Below are positions 46,447 through 55,168 of a DNA stretch of 61,627 bases, one piece after another (the first letter of the stretch is position 1; each line of letters opens with the position of its first letter). The DNA is from a virus (taxonomy: Duplodnaviria > Caudoviricetes). The notes under the pieces are model-generated. The model was given only the letters and a program-made list of their open reading frames with translations, made no database searches and had not been told where the DNA came from. The translations under genes were made by a program, and so were the position numbers. The DNA is taken from the IMG/VR virus record IMGVR_UViG_3300037963_004084, positions 1-61,627 of that record, one strand, 5' to 3'.

Positions 46447-47137
46447 CTCCTAGGCATGAGGCTAAACTGCCTACGACTTTATGTGGACTGATATATTAAC
46501 CTTAACCAAGGAGGGTTCTACCATGAACTAAACACAGCCCACTGCGGGAAGCAGACGACCCTGCACCCACCCGTTCCGCGCCCACACCTGTGGGACTGCC
46601 CTTGCGGCGAGAACGTGGGGTGTAGGATAGTCATATACCCAACCACCCGAGTTCTGGAGCGGTGGTTGGGGTGTATGCACCCACACTTTCACTTTATCAC
46701 TCTGTTTGCCTGACGAGCGGTAGGGCAAACCAACATGATAAGGCCGCGACCCCTCCTAGGCATGAGGCTAAACTGCCTACCAACCCTAACCTTCTCCTCT
46801 AGCACTCTGGCATTGGAGTCGTATACCACATGAGTCTTCCCGCGGTGGGAGAATGACAAATCCGCAACGGTTGTGGACCGCCGAATTGGTCCTAGGCTCG
46901 CCTCTCCGTGCCTCTCATAATACAGAAAACGGAGACACGCTGGGTGTCGTGTGAACCACGCCCGCTCCTAGGCATGAGGCTAAACTGCCTACGACTCTGT
47001 TTGCCTGACGAGCGGTAGGGCAAACACAATAGCACCGCTAAGGGTTGTCCCTTCCGCAGCCCATTAAACAGGAAGGCCGAGCGGTCGCACTTAGAAAGGC
47101 TCAGCGACTCCCTCCTAGGCATGAGGTTAAACTGCCT
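46447..47137 (+). repeat. Repeat A x4: CTCCTAGGCATGAGGYTAAACTGCCT
   Basis: Copies at 46447-46472, 46753-46778, 46965-46990 and 47112-47137 (the last has one substitution). Confidence 0.95.
46699..47025 (+). repeat. Repeat B x2: ACTCTGTTTGCCTGACGAGCGGTAGGGCAAAC
   Basis: Identical 32-mers at 46699-46730 and 46994-47025. Confidence 0.95.
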
Positions 47138-47306
47138 GTGTCTGATCAGCCACCTGTCAGACCACTAGCGGTATACCGCACCAAGACGCTGAAGCGATAA
47201 GTCCTACGGACGCGCAGGCCCGCCGAGTCTAGGGTGGTTCTCTTTCCAAGGGTAAACCCGAACCCTTTTCAATCGGGCAAGTAGTATAACTAACCAAACC
47301 AAAACA

Positions 47307-47555
47307 ATGGCTACATACAGAGTAGTACCCACCCACCGCATCATGGCGGACCCTGTGCGTCGCAGACGCGCACACCTACCCAAACTATCGGAGGAATCCC
47401 TCCGGTGTAACACGCTGGTCAAGTTCGCTGACCAGACAACGGCGGGCCTCAGTGCCCAATCAGACCCCCGCGCTGGGGTCGTGTCAGTAGACCACGCACT
47501 CGGACAGAATGTCTGGGAAGAGGTGGTTCAAAAGATTGCCCGTAGAAACAAGTAG
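47307..47555 (+). CDS. Early hypothetical protein
   Basis: A-rich leader AACTAACCAAACCAAAACAATG. Confidence 0.6.
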   Translation: MATYRVVPTHRIMADPVRRRRAHLPKLSEESLRCNTLVKFADQTTAGLSAQSDPRAGVVSVDHALGQNVWEEVVQKIARRNK

Positions 47556-47557
47556 AT

Positions 47558-47860
47558 ATGAAGTATGCAATCCCAATCGGACTCGCCCTCGGCGGTGTCC
47601 TGTCCATGCTGTGCGGAACTTACTGCATAGCCGCAGACCTTGAGCTTCAACAGCTCGGGGTAGACGTTGACTCAACGTGGAGTTACCTCTACACATGGGT
47701 CAGTTGTAGTATGGCCCTTACCGCCATTGTCACCCTTGAAGTAGTCCACCAGCGGGAGTGCCGCAGGTGGGATGAAGAGATGAGCAGACTGCAATCATGC
47801 AGTGAGCGAATACTGATTCCTGAACCCTTTACCCGGAATTATTATGAGAAAAGAAATTGA
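47558..47860 (+). CDS. Early membrane protein (2 TM)
   Basis: Two hydrophobic segments. Confidence 0.6.
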   Translation: MKYAIPIGLALGGVLSMLCGTYCIAADLELQQLGVDVDSTWSYLYTWVSCSMALTAIVTLEVVHQRECRRWDEEMSRLQSCSERILIPEPFTRNYYEKRN

Positions 47861-48032
47861 ATCCCTAATTGACAAGCACGATGAATCGTGCGAGAAACGG
47901 GGCATCGACCCCAAGACTGGGGAGCCTAAGCCCACACCCCAAGACCTTCTGGAGCAGGAGGCGTTTGGTTACCCGATATCCCTTGGTCGGCCCGTCCTCC
48001 CTGCTAACTTCCCAACCCCACGAACCCCATGA
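47844..48032 (+). CDS. Early hypothetical protein
   Basis: Overlaps both neighbours. Confidence 0.5.
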   Translation: MRKEIESLIDKHDESCEKRGIDPKTGEPKPTPQDLLEQEAFGYPISLGRPVLPANFPTPRTP

Positions 48033-48421
48033 GTGAGAGACTATATATAACCTACTTCGATGCTGCCACATCACGGGATGTAGGGCATGTCACCCTCATG
48101 TCTCCCTTTGATGGGGATAATGCACCCATGCCTGACAGGGTAGCCCGAGATAACATGCCCGACCATGTGGCTGTCCTGATGGACAGCACCACCATACACT
48201 GGGACCTGCGGGTCAAGAGTGTGCGGGATGCCAACCGTGAGCTACTCTGTAGTGGAGTTCGTCGGGGGTGGATATCCCCCGAGACGGGGGAGTGGTTGGA
48301 GCTAGGGGCGAAACACCCATTCCGCCCCCGAAACCGCCGCAAGCGTACCCGACTCAGGAAAACCCTGACAGGTGTAGCTGTAGCTGGAGCAGTGATAGGA
48401 ATCCTGATCCTAATCTTTTAA
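48029..48421 (+). CDS. Early protein with C-terminal membrane anchor
   Basis: Basic patch followed by GVAVAGAVIGILILIF. Confidence 0.6.
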   Translation: MSERLYITYFDAATSRDVGHVTLMSPFDGDNAPMPDRVARDNMPDHVAVLMDSTTIHWDLRVKSVRDANRELLCSGVRRGWISPETGEWLELGAKHPFRPRNRRKRTRLRKTLTGVAVAGAVIGILILIF

Positions 48422-48446
48422 CCAATTTCGGGGTAGCTCCCCGAAC

Positions 48447-48598
48447 GTGAGTGACTGAATAATCTTTCTACAACAGAGATAAGGTATCTGTATCTTGAGC
48501 AGGGGTCAACCGACTGAGCAGAGAGAGCGGAGTGCGAGTAGGCAAACGATGCTATGTTGGAGCCGAAAGTTGAGGGTAAAAAATAAATCCCTCCTCAC
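48447..48598 (+). ncRNA. manA-like structured RNA
   Basis: Closing stem GUGAG/CUCAC, 5' UGACUGAAUAAUCUUUC, internal UAAGG and 3' hairpin GAGGG-UA...AAU-CCCUC; resembles my recollection of the manA motif. Confidence 0.55.
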
Positions 48599-48632
48599 AT
48601 CTTATATTTATTATGACACCATATGTAAAATT

Positions 48633-49067
48633 ATGACACCATATGTAAACACCCATGCCGTCTCACGGCACAACTCCGAGGCGAAGACCCTCGACACAAC
48701 CACTTACCGGATCGGTAAGTGGAGAATAAACCTTGAGGGGTTTATTGATTACTACGGAACCTACAACTACAGGTTTGGAGTTAATGGAGGCACCCCGACC
48801 TACAGTGGAGAGATCTACTGGAGCGCGGACACCAATGGGGTGGGTTACAGGAATCACCTGAAGAAAGCCGACGCTTTCCTCGATAAGATGAGGACTGAGC
48901 ACCCCCTCCACGGCCCCCCGAACATCAACCCCTTCGGGTACCTCATCCCCTTGGATGGACAACCCAAGGGCTGCATTGGGACTCATGTCTCCGATCCGGG
49001 GGAATTCGCAATGAACCGCGAAATCGCAGAGGAGAATCCCGATTACCCCGCGTGGATCTTTGAGTGA
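48633..49067 (+). CDS. Early hypothetical protein
   Basis: MTPYVNTHAVS...; the track's upstream extension overlaps the RNA candidate. Confidence 0.6.
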   Translation: MTPYVNTHAVSRHNSEAKTLDTTTYRIGKWRINLEGFIDYYGTYNYRFGVNGGTPTYSGEIYWSADTNGVGYRNHLKKADAFLDKMRTEHPLHGPPNINPFGYLIPLDGQPKGCIGTHVSDPGEFAMNREIAEENPDYPAWIFE

Positions 49068-49074
49068 ACCCACT

Positions 49075-49249
49075 TTCTGGCCCCTCGCCACGCAAGTCGC
49101 TTGGGGCCTATAGTAGGCCGAACGGCATGGGTAAAGTGGCCCATGTCATCCCCCATAATGGCCCGTTGTTGGAGGGGGAACCCAGTCGGGGGATAATACC
49201 GACACTGGTTGATGTAGCTCAGGCCAGAATAAAGAACCGTGCTGCGAGG
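49075..49249 (+). ncRNA. Candidate multibranch/pseudoknotted RNA
   Basis: TTCTGGCC/GGCCAGAA closes four hairpins; CCTCGC (49083) is complementary to GCGAGG (49244). Confidence 0.4.
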
Positions 49250-49286
49250 AGATGCCCCCGCCTCTCCCATGTAGGATAAACCCCGC

Positions 49287-49721
49287 ATGTATAACCAACC
49301 CGGAAAAAAGGGGGGCAAATTACTTTGCGAATCCATGATACAACATCACATTGACAAAGACGGGGAGTGGGGGCTGTACCCCGACGCCCCCTTGAGTAGG
49401 CTGCTTAAGCGGAGCTTTAGGGATGTCTCCATCATAAGACTGCCTACAGTTTGGCTGTCACCTGTAGGGTATGGTAAACCTGTTACCGACGGAGTGCACG
49501 TTAAGATCCCTCCTCCACCGCCACCCCCTCCCATGACAGAGTTTGAAAAGTCTCTGGCATGGATGAAAGAGTTCATCGACGATGTTGAGGACGAGGCTCA
49601 GTCAGTCTGTGAGGACGAGTCAGAGCATTGGCTCGGGGCGTGGGGTAACCCCACTAAGGAAGACTTCCTCAAGCACCTTGCCGTTGTGAGCAAGGGCGAA
49701 TCATCTCCCGACGTCGGCTGA
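49287..49721 (+). CDS. Early hypothetical protein with poly-Pro linker
   Basis: 144 aa containing a run of eight prolines; start may be 49336. Confidence 0.55.
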   Translation: MYNQPGKKGGKLLCESMIQHHIDKDGEWGLYPDAPLSRLLKRSFRDVSIIRLPTVWLSPVGYGKPVTDGVHVKIPPPPPPPPMTEFEKSLAWMKEFIDDVEDEAQSVCEDESEHWLGAWGNPTKEDFLKHLAVVSKGESSPDVG

Positions 49722-49810
49722 CGTCACAATGCAACCCAACCCTGCATCCTGTATCCTGATTCCTGTAGGTTGTAGGGTTAACCACAAATAAGGAATCAAA
49801 GTATAAGCAA

Positions 49811-50734
49811 ATGAGTAGTAAATCCCCCTCCACTAGCGAGGGAATCAAAGTAAGGCTGACTGTATGCCACTTCAACCCACAGGTTCAAGACAAGCAAGCA
49901 GCAGCAGAGCAGGCTAAAAAGAAAGATGCCAATGCGAAACAGCACAAGCATCAGATTCACTTAGTCGATGCCGATGACATCAAGGCACTGAAAGAGGTTG
50001 AGGACGATGGGCGAGCCGCATTCCATCGGTTGGTATCCGCACCGTGGCTTGACTACAAGCCCGACCCCGACGAGCAGGTCAAGCTGTCCACCAAGGGATG
50101 CTGGTACTTCCTGTCCACTGAATACCTGTCTGAGTATCTGGATACAATGTCCAAGTACAGGCAGCGGTTTGAGATGGCCAAGCAGGACTTCATCCGACGG
50201 TACCCTGACCTTCTCCGTAAGGCCGCGACTAGCCGAGGTATCGGGAACGACTTCATCAGGTTCAGACACCGGTTCCCTTCCCAAGATGCAGTTGGGGATC
50301 GTATCTCCTTCACTACGTTTGAGGACCCGATTGTCACCAGCTTCATGCCGGATGTATTCGACGAGCGGCTCCGTCATGAGATGGAGAAACTCGACGAGCG
50401 TAAGAAGGAACAGGTGGAGTATGGACTTCAGGCTGTAACCCTCGACGTCACGAAGGAAGTGATTAAGTCCGCAGCCCATGTGGGCCAGCAGTGCGAGGCT
50501 AAGAACAAGTCCAGCCGCAGCCCTATCACGGAGTCTGTAGTAGAGCGACTCGTAGAGAAGCTGGAGATGGCGGAACGCAAGGCCCCCCGACCCAGCACTG
50601 ATCTGGACGAAGCTATCCTTATCGGCAAGAGCCTCCTTGAGGATCTCGATGCTGACATTTTGAAAGCCAATGAACACTCCCGCAACAAGGTCATTGCAGG
50701 AGCTAACCGAATGAAAGACCTGATCCAACTGTAA
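49811..50734 (+). CDS. DUF3150-like helical protein
   Basis: WYFL.TEYL.EY..TM..YR..FE.AK.DF...YP.L...FPS pattern; directly upstream of the AAA/vWA pair. Confidence 0.55.
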   Translation: MSSKSPSTSEGIKVRLTVCHFNPQVQDKQAAAEQAKKKDANAKQHKHQIHLVDADDIKALKEVEDDGRAAFHRLVSAPWLDYKPDPDEQVKLSTKGCWYFLSTEYLSEYLDTMSKYRQRFEMAKQDFIRRYPDLLRKAATSRGIGNDFIRFRHRFPSQDAVGDRISFTTFEDPIVTSFMPDVFDERLRHEMEKLDERKKEQVEYGLQAVTLDVTKEVIKSAAHVGQQCEAKNKSSRSPITESVVERLVEKLEMAERKAPRPSTDLDEAILIGKSLLEDLDADILKANEHSRNKVIAGANRMKDLIQL

Positions 50735-50745
50735 AACATACACAT

Positions 50746-51888
50746 ATGAGTACAAACAATGAAGAGGTAGTCCCTCTTACGCCCATCTATCCCACCGATA
50801 TCACCCCTATCCTCCACCGGGTCCGTAAAGCGGACAACCCCACAGAGGATAATGCTGGGGAGTTCAAGGTCCCACTGTTTCTGGGGATGCCCGGTCTTGG
50901 TAAGACCGAGATCATGAAGGCATTCGCTAAAGCGATGGGGATGATATACATCGACTTCAGGCTCGCCTACCGCACATTCAATGATGTGCGGGGCTACGCC
51001 ATTCCTGACAAGGTGGAGGAGATTATGAAGTGGTTCAAGGACCAAGCCCTACCTCCATCCGACTGTGACAAGCATTACTTGTTTCACTGGGAGGAGCTGC
51101 TCAACGCCAACCCCAATGTTCTCAAGGTAGCACAAGAAGCCATCTTGGATCGACGGATTGGTGACTACGAGTTCCCCCGCAACTGTATGATGGTAGCCTC
51201 AGCCAACGGTCTGAAGCACCACTGTCAGGCAGCGAGGACCACGGCGTCCATCATGGACCGCTTCCAAGTGTTCGATGTAGCGCCGTCTATCAGCGGCACC
51301 AACAAGTGGTTGATGGAGAACGCAAAGACTGAGTATGTCCTTGGGTTTCTCAGGGCACACAACGAAGCACTGTATTGTGACAACATGGCTCTGTGGGATG
51401 GTGAGCAACCGATCTCCTCTTCCCGATCCTATGCCAAGTTAGACAGGTATCTAACCACCTACAAGGACCCGCTTGAGATGACCTCTCCCGAGAACCTGCG
51501 GATCTTCAAGGCTGAGGTGGGTGGATGTGTTGGCGGCAAAGCCGCTCAGATGTTCACCACATTCATTCAGCTTTACGCCACCTGTGGAAGCGTGGAGAAG
51601 ATGTTGGAAGATGCCCGTCATTGTGACTTGAGCCGAGTCAAGACTAAGCCCGACATGAAGTACATCATCGCCAGCAAGCTCGTCACTCTGGCTGAGAAAG
51701 ACAACGTGGCAGATGTTCTTCTGCTAGCTCGTCGCCTCACCGACCCTGACCTGACCAGCAACCCCGATGTTCTTCAGTCAATGGAGTCCATGGTGGGCAA
51801 CCGTTTGCGTCGAACCCGTGCGGAGCTGGTGAACACCCCACCTATGATCAAGTGGTGTCTGAAGAATAAAGATGAGCTCCTCGCCTAG
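50746..51888 (+). CDS. MoxR-like AAA+ ATPase
   Basis: LGMPGLGKT, IDFRL, LFHWEEL, VASAN, IMDRF, SSRSY. Confidence 0.85.
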   Translation: MSTNNEEVVPLTPIYPTDITPILHRVRKADNPTEDNAGEFKVPLFLGMPGLGKTEIMKAFAKAMGMIYIDFRLAYRTFNDVRGYAIPDKVEEIMKWFKDQALPPSDCDKHYLFHWEELLNANPNVLKVAQEAILDRRIGDYEFPRNCMMVASANGLKHHCQAARTTASIMDRFQVFDVAPSISGTNKWLMENAKTEYVLGFLRAHNEALYCDNMALWDGEQPISSSRSYAKLDRYLTTYKDPLEMTSPENLRIFKAEVGGCVGGKAAQMFTTFIQLYATCGSVEKMLEDARHCDLSRVKTKPDMKYIIASKLVTLAEKDNVADVLLLARRLTDPDLTSNPDVLQSMESMVGNRLRRTRAELVNTPPMIKWCLKNKDELLA

Positions 51889-52177
51889 TCTTGAACTGAT
51901 AGCAGAGATACTCAAAGACGACTGCGCGTTCGCAGACTACCCAGTAGTACCCGCTTGCCATGGAGAACCAGACGAGTCTTCGGTCTTGTTCTGGTTCGGT
52001 AAGTGGCTGGGGTCCCAAGATCGTTCGGGCCACCTGTGGTGGGAAGGCAAGGCAGCAGGCACGGTTTACTTGTCTCGCCCTGCTTTCCGTCTTTGGGAAA
52101 ACCATAGAGAAGAATTAACAGCGTTAGCTATGTTACATAAAGAGAATCATTATCATGAGCACGGAATTAAAAGATAA
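51872..52177 (+). CDS. Hypothetical protein
   Basis: Overlaps both neighbours. Confidence 0.55.
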   Translation: MSSSPSLELIAEILKDDCAFADYPVVPACHGEPDESSVLFWFGKWLGSQDRSGHLWWEGKAAGTVYLSRPAFRLWENHREELTALAMLHKENHYHEHGIKR

Positions 52178-53513
52178 GAAGGAGCTGGGGAGAATCCAGC
52201 TTGTGAAGAACAAGATCATGAAAGATCACCCGTTCTTCGCACCCGGATTGGAGGCACTACCCATCATCATTGATCGTCGGGTACCCACTGCTTGCACGGA
52301 TGGGAACGTCATACGAATCAACCCTGATTACACCGAGACCCAGAACATGTACGAACTGGAGGGCCTCCTGATCCATGAGGTATGCCACCCCCTGTTCGGA
52401 CACTTCGTTCGGTTCTTCGAGCCAATGCAGAATGGTGAGGGGGCGCTCGTCAATAAAGCCACCGATGTGGAGATCAACAATCTTCTCACCGAGTACAGCT
52501 CCGAAGCTGCCCGACCTATTGTCCTGCCATCTGGTGGGTATGTAGATCTGGACAGGTTCGGGACAGAAGCTGCCGAGCATGTGCTCAAGGTTCTGCGGGA
52601 GGAAGAGCAGGAATCCCCTGATACACCCCCCGACAATCCCGGCGATGACGAAGGCGAAAGCGGAGGTGATAGCACTGGCGACAGTGAGGGCGATGGTTCC
52701 AGTGAACCCGAGGACCAAGATGGTGAGCAGGGTGAATCCGAGTCAACGTCTGGTTCCTCACCCGGTGATGGTCAAAGTGAAGGTACGGGTGGAGGTGCGG
52801 GGCAAGAACCCGTCTCCCCCGGTGAGTTCGAGCTACCTCAAGGGGCAACCCAAGAGGAGCTACGGGATCAGGAAGAGAAGTGGAAAGACATCCTATCTAC
52901 GTCCATCCATGCTTCCAAGTTGCGTGGTGATACACCCGGCAAGTTCTTGGAGAGATTGGAGAAGTTACAGAAGTCCCCCCTCCGTATGCAGGATCTTCTT
53001 CAGAAGTATGCGGACGAGTTCTGCATGGATGAAGGCTCGACCCGATTTGATCGCCGATACATGGCCGATTGGGGAGTGGGTATCGTTGGCATGGAGGATG
53101 AGAGGATAGGCTCCTTGGTGTTCGTCGTGGATTCCAGTGGTTCTATCCCATCACGTATCGCTGAAGTTGCTTGTGCCGTAGTGCAGGAAGCAGTCAACAC
53201 TCTGAACGCTGAGCGTATCATCCACTTGGATGTAGATTGCAGAGTATGCAAGGTCCGTGAGTATCAGCCCTACGAGACTGTAGACACACAGATCCACGGT
53301 CGAGGTGGTACGGACTTCGTACCCGCCTTCGACTGGGTGCGAGACAATGCAGAAGATGCGCGTGTCATCGTGTATCTGACCGATGGGTGGGGTTACTTCC
53401 CCGAACAAGAGCCACGTACCCCCGTGCTGTGGTTGTCTTGGGACGCAGACTCCCGCCACTACCCCTTTGGAGATGTAGTACCTCTCCAAAACTTAGATCA
53501 TATGACAACCTAA
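52155..53513 (+). CDS. Metallopeptidase-vWA protein (DUF2201-like)
   Basis: TACTDG, LIHEVCH..GH..R, acidic linker, MIDAS VDSSGS, GRGGTDF, YLTDG. Confidence 0.88.
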   Translation: MSTELKDKKELGRIQLVKNKIMKDHPFFAPGLEALPIIIDRRVPTACTDGNVIRINPDYTETQNMYELEGLLIHEVCHPLFGHFVRFFEPMQNGEGALVNKATDVEINNLLTEYSSEAARPIVLPSGGYVDLDRFGTEAAEHVLKVLREEEQESPDTPPDNPGDDEGESGGDSTGDSEGDGSSEPEDQDGEQGESESTSGSSPGDGQSEGTGGGAGQEPVSPGEFELPQGATQEELRDQEEKWKDILSTSIHASKLRGDTPGKFLERLEKLQKSPLRMQDLLQKYADEFCMDEGSTRFDRRYMADWGVGIVGMEDERIGSLVFVVDSSGSIPSRIAEVACAVVQEAVNTLNAERIIHLDVDCRVCKVREYQPYETVDTQIHGRGGTDFVPAFDWVRDNAEDARVIVYLTDGWGYFPEQEPRTPVLWLSWDADSRHYPFGDVVPLQNLDHMTT

Positions 53514-53515
53514 TT

Positions 53516-53812
53516 ATGAGAATATACCACCTAACCTTCCAAGAAAAGGCGGGCCAAGAAGTCCGGTCTGTTTGGTTTCCTACAAAGAAAGCAGCACAAA
53601 CATTCCACGACGATTTAGTAAATCATGTCGTGGATATAACGTGGGAATCAGTGGACATCCCCACATACAACCGGATAACCATGACCAACTTCTTGAACCA
53701 GCAGTTCAACTCCCACCGTTCTCCTCGTCTTGCATTGGACGATTGGAGATTAGAGGCACACATAAATGCAAAGACGGTTCACTTGTTGCCCGTCAACCCT
53801 AGCAGCGAGTAA
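53516..53812 (+). CDS. Hypothetical protein (paralogue of 55636..56043)
   Basis: ATG at 53516; MRIY...WF.TKKAAQ...FLN. Confidence 0.6.
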   Translation: MRIYHLTFQEKAGQEVRSVWFPTKKAAQTFHDDLVNHVVDITWESVDIPTYNRITMTNFLNQQFNSHRSPRLALDDWRLEAHINAKTVHLLPVNPSSE

Positions 53813-53822
53813 GCATACAGAT

Positions 53823-55166
53823 ATGAAAACACAAGAGATACTAGATCAATTCCGCTTGGACCCCTTCAATACGAAGGCGCAGACCACACTCGTCAGAGCT
53901 CAGGGGGGTGTGCTGATGGCACGACAGAGAGAGTGTGCCGGGGCATCCATCTACCCGAAGAATGAAACGGGTGCCCCAGACACAGGTAGAGCTGCGTGGG
54001 CAAAAAATAAAGCTCAATACAAGGAGGACTTACAAAGAGAAGACGGTACCGAGGCAAGACTCCGTGACCCAGCTACTTTCTTTTGCGACCCCGACCTAAC
54101 CCGCAACGACTGGGTTCCCTTGGTGGTGGCCCTAGACACTGGCGTGGTGGGAGAGCACACCGACGGCTACGGTAATCCCGTAAAGCATATCTTTATGGGG
54201 TGCCGCCAACCCGGATACCGAGGGGGAATCTTTGACTCCAAGCGTTTGTTTGGACGAAGGGCCGCATCTTGGGCGTATGACCAGATAGAGCGTCAATTTA
54301 CTTTTATGCTCTCCGATGCTGTAATGCACGGCATCCGTATTCCCAGCCGCTCTCGAATAGTTGACTCCAACAACATTGCCATGAGGGCTTTGCAAAAGTC
54401 TTTTGCACTTCCTCACGGTGGGGTGGGAGAGAAGGCTGACTTCTATTGGCAGCTCGCTTGGTCTGTGTATCTGTCCAGTAATCTGGAATACGAACACAAA
54501 CTCAACAACACCTTCGGTGTGGGCGCTACTAAGTATCTACAGAACCAGTTTGTCACACGCCTAGTTGAGCATATCAAAGAACTCAAAGAGGATGTCGTGG
54601 AGAAACAACCACGGCAGTATCTTGATAAGTACCGCGCTTTCCAAGAGCTAATGTATACAGCCTACAATGGGGAGAATGTAAGCACCCAGTTTTCAGGGAG
54701 TGGGATGAAATATGTAATGGGTCACCTGAGTGATGATCAGATACCGTTGCGTGAGGATTCAGGTTGGAGGAATATTAACCACACTATTTTTAGAATCGTG
54801 GATGGCTATGGTAAATCAATCTGTCCTTTCGTGAACGATAGTAACGCAACTAAAATGTGGGAGGATAGATGGAATACCTTGCGAAAAGATCCCAACTCTG
54901 CCACTAGTCCCGCCGCCCTTGATTACGTTGGCTTGGCTGTCATGGATTTTGACATACTGCGAGACAACTGGCAGTCACTGGTTGAGTTCTTCAGTGGGTG
55001 TGGGTTTCCTGAACCCAAGCCCTTTGGCTTCGCCTTCAACAAGGAGAACGAGTCTTCCATCGCAGTACTGGCTGATACAGCTTGGTCTAATTTCCTGAAC
55101 CCCTCGGCCCTTCTTAGTCAAGAGTCCGAGGAAACAATAAAGAATACTACAATACTACTTGGATAA
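53823..55166 (+). CDS. Large hypothetical protein
   Basis: 447 aa from the ATG at 53823; no motif recognised. Confidence 0.7.
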   Translation: MKTQEILDQFRLDPFNTKAQTTLVRAQGGVLMARQRECAGASIYPKNETGAPDTGRAAWAKNKAQYKEDLQREDGTEARLRDPATFFCDPDLTRNDWVPLVVALDTGVVGEHTDGYGNPVKHIFMGCRQPGYRGGIFDSKRLFGRRAASWAYDQIERQFTFMLSDAVMHGIRIPSRSRIVDSNNIAMRALQKSFALPHGGVGEKADFYWQLAWSVYLSSNLEYEHKLNNTFGVGATKYLQNQFVTRLVEHIKELKEDVVEKQPRQYLDKYRAFQELMYTAYNGENVSTQFSGSGMKYVMGHLSDDQIPLREDSGWRNINHTIFRIVDGYGKSICPFVNDSNATKMWEDRWNTLRKDPNSATSPAALDYVGLAVMDFDILRDNWQSLVEFFSGCGFPEPKPFGFAFNKENESSIAVLADTAWSNFLNPSALLSQESEETIKNTTILLG

Positions 55167-55168
55167 TT

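Larger units (their letters stand above)
46385..47290 (+). ncRNA. Candidate array of structured RNA modules
   Basis: No credible ORF over 0.9 kb; dense hairpins and pseudoknots separated by repeats A and B. Confidence 0.55.

Noticed and set aside
46699-46730. Hammerhead ribozyme (CTGACGA)
   Set aside because: There is no stem II followed by GAAA; the sequence reads GCAAAC and forms a simple hairpin.
46447-47137. CRISPR array
   Set aside because: The intervening segments are 121-280 nt, unequal and self-structured. There is no cas operon; the Cas4-like gene is a typical replication-module nuclease.
47250-47285. RNase P RNA (GGTAAACCC)
   Set aside because: The other universal elements, such as GAGGAAAGUCC, are absent.
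49064-49279. 71-aa ORF
   Set aside because: GTG start and atypical composition, and it coincides with a strongly paired region; better explained as RNA, though not excluded.
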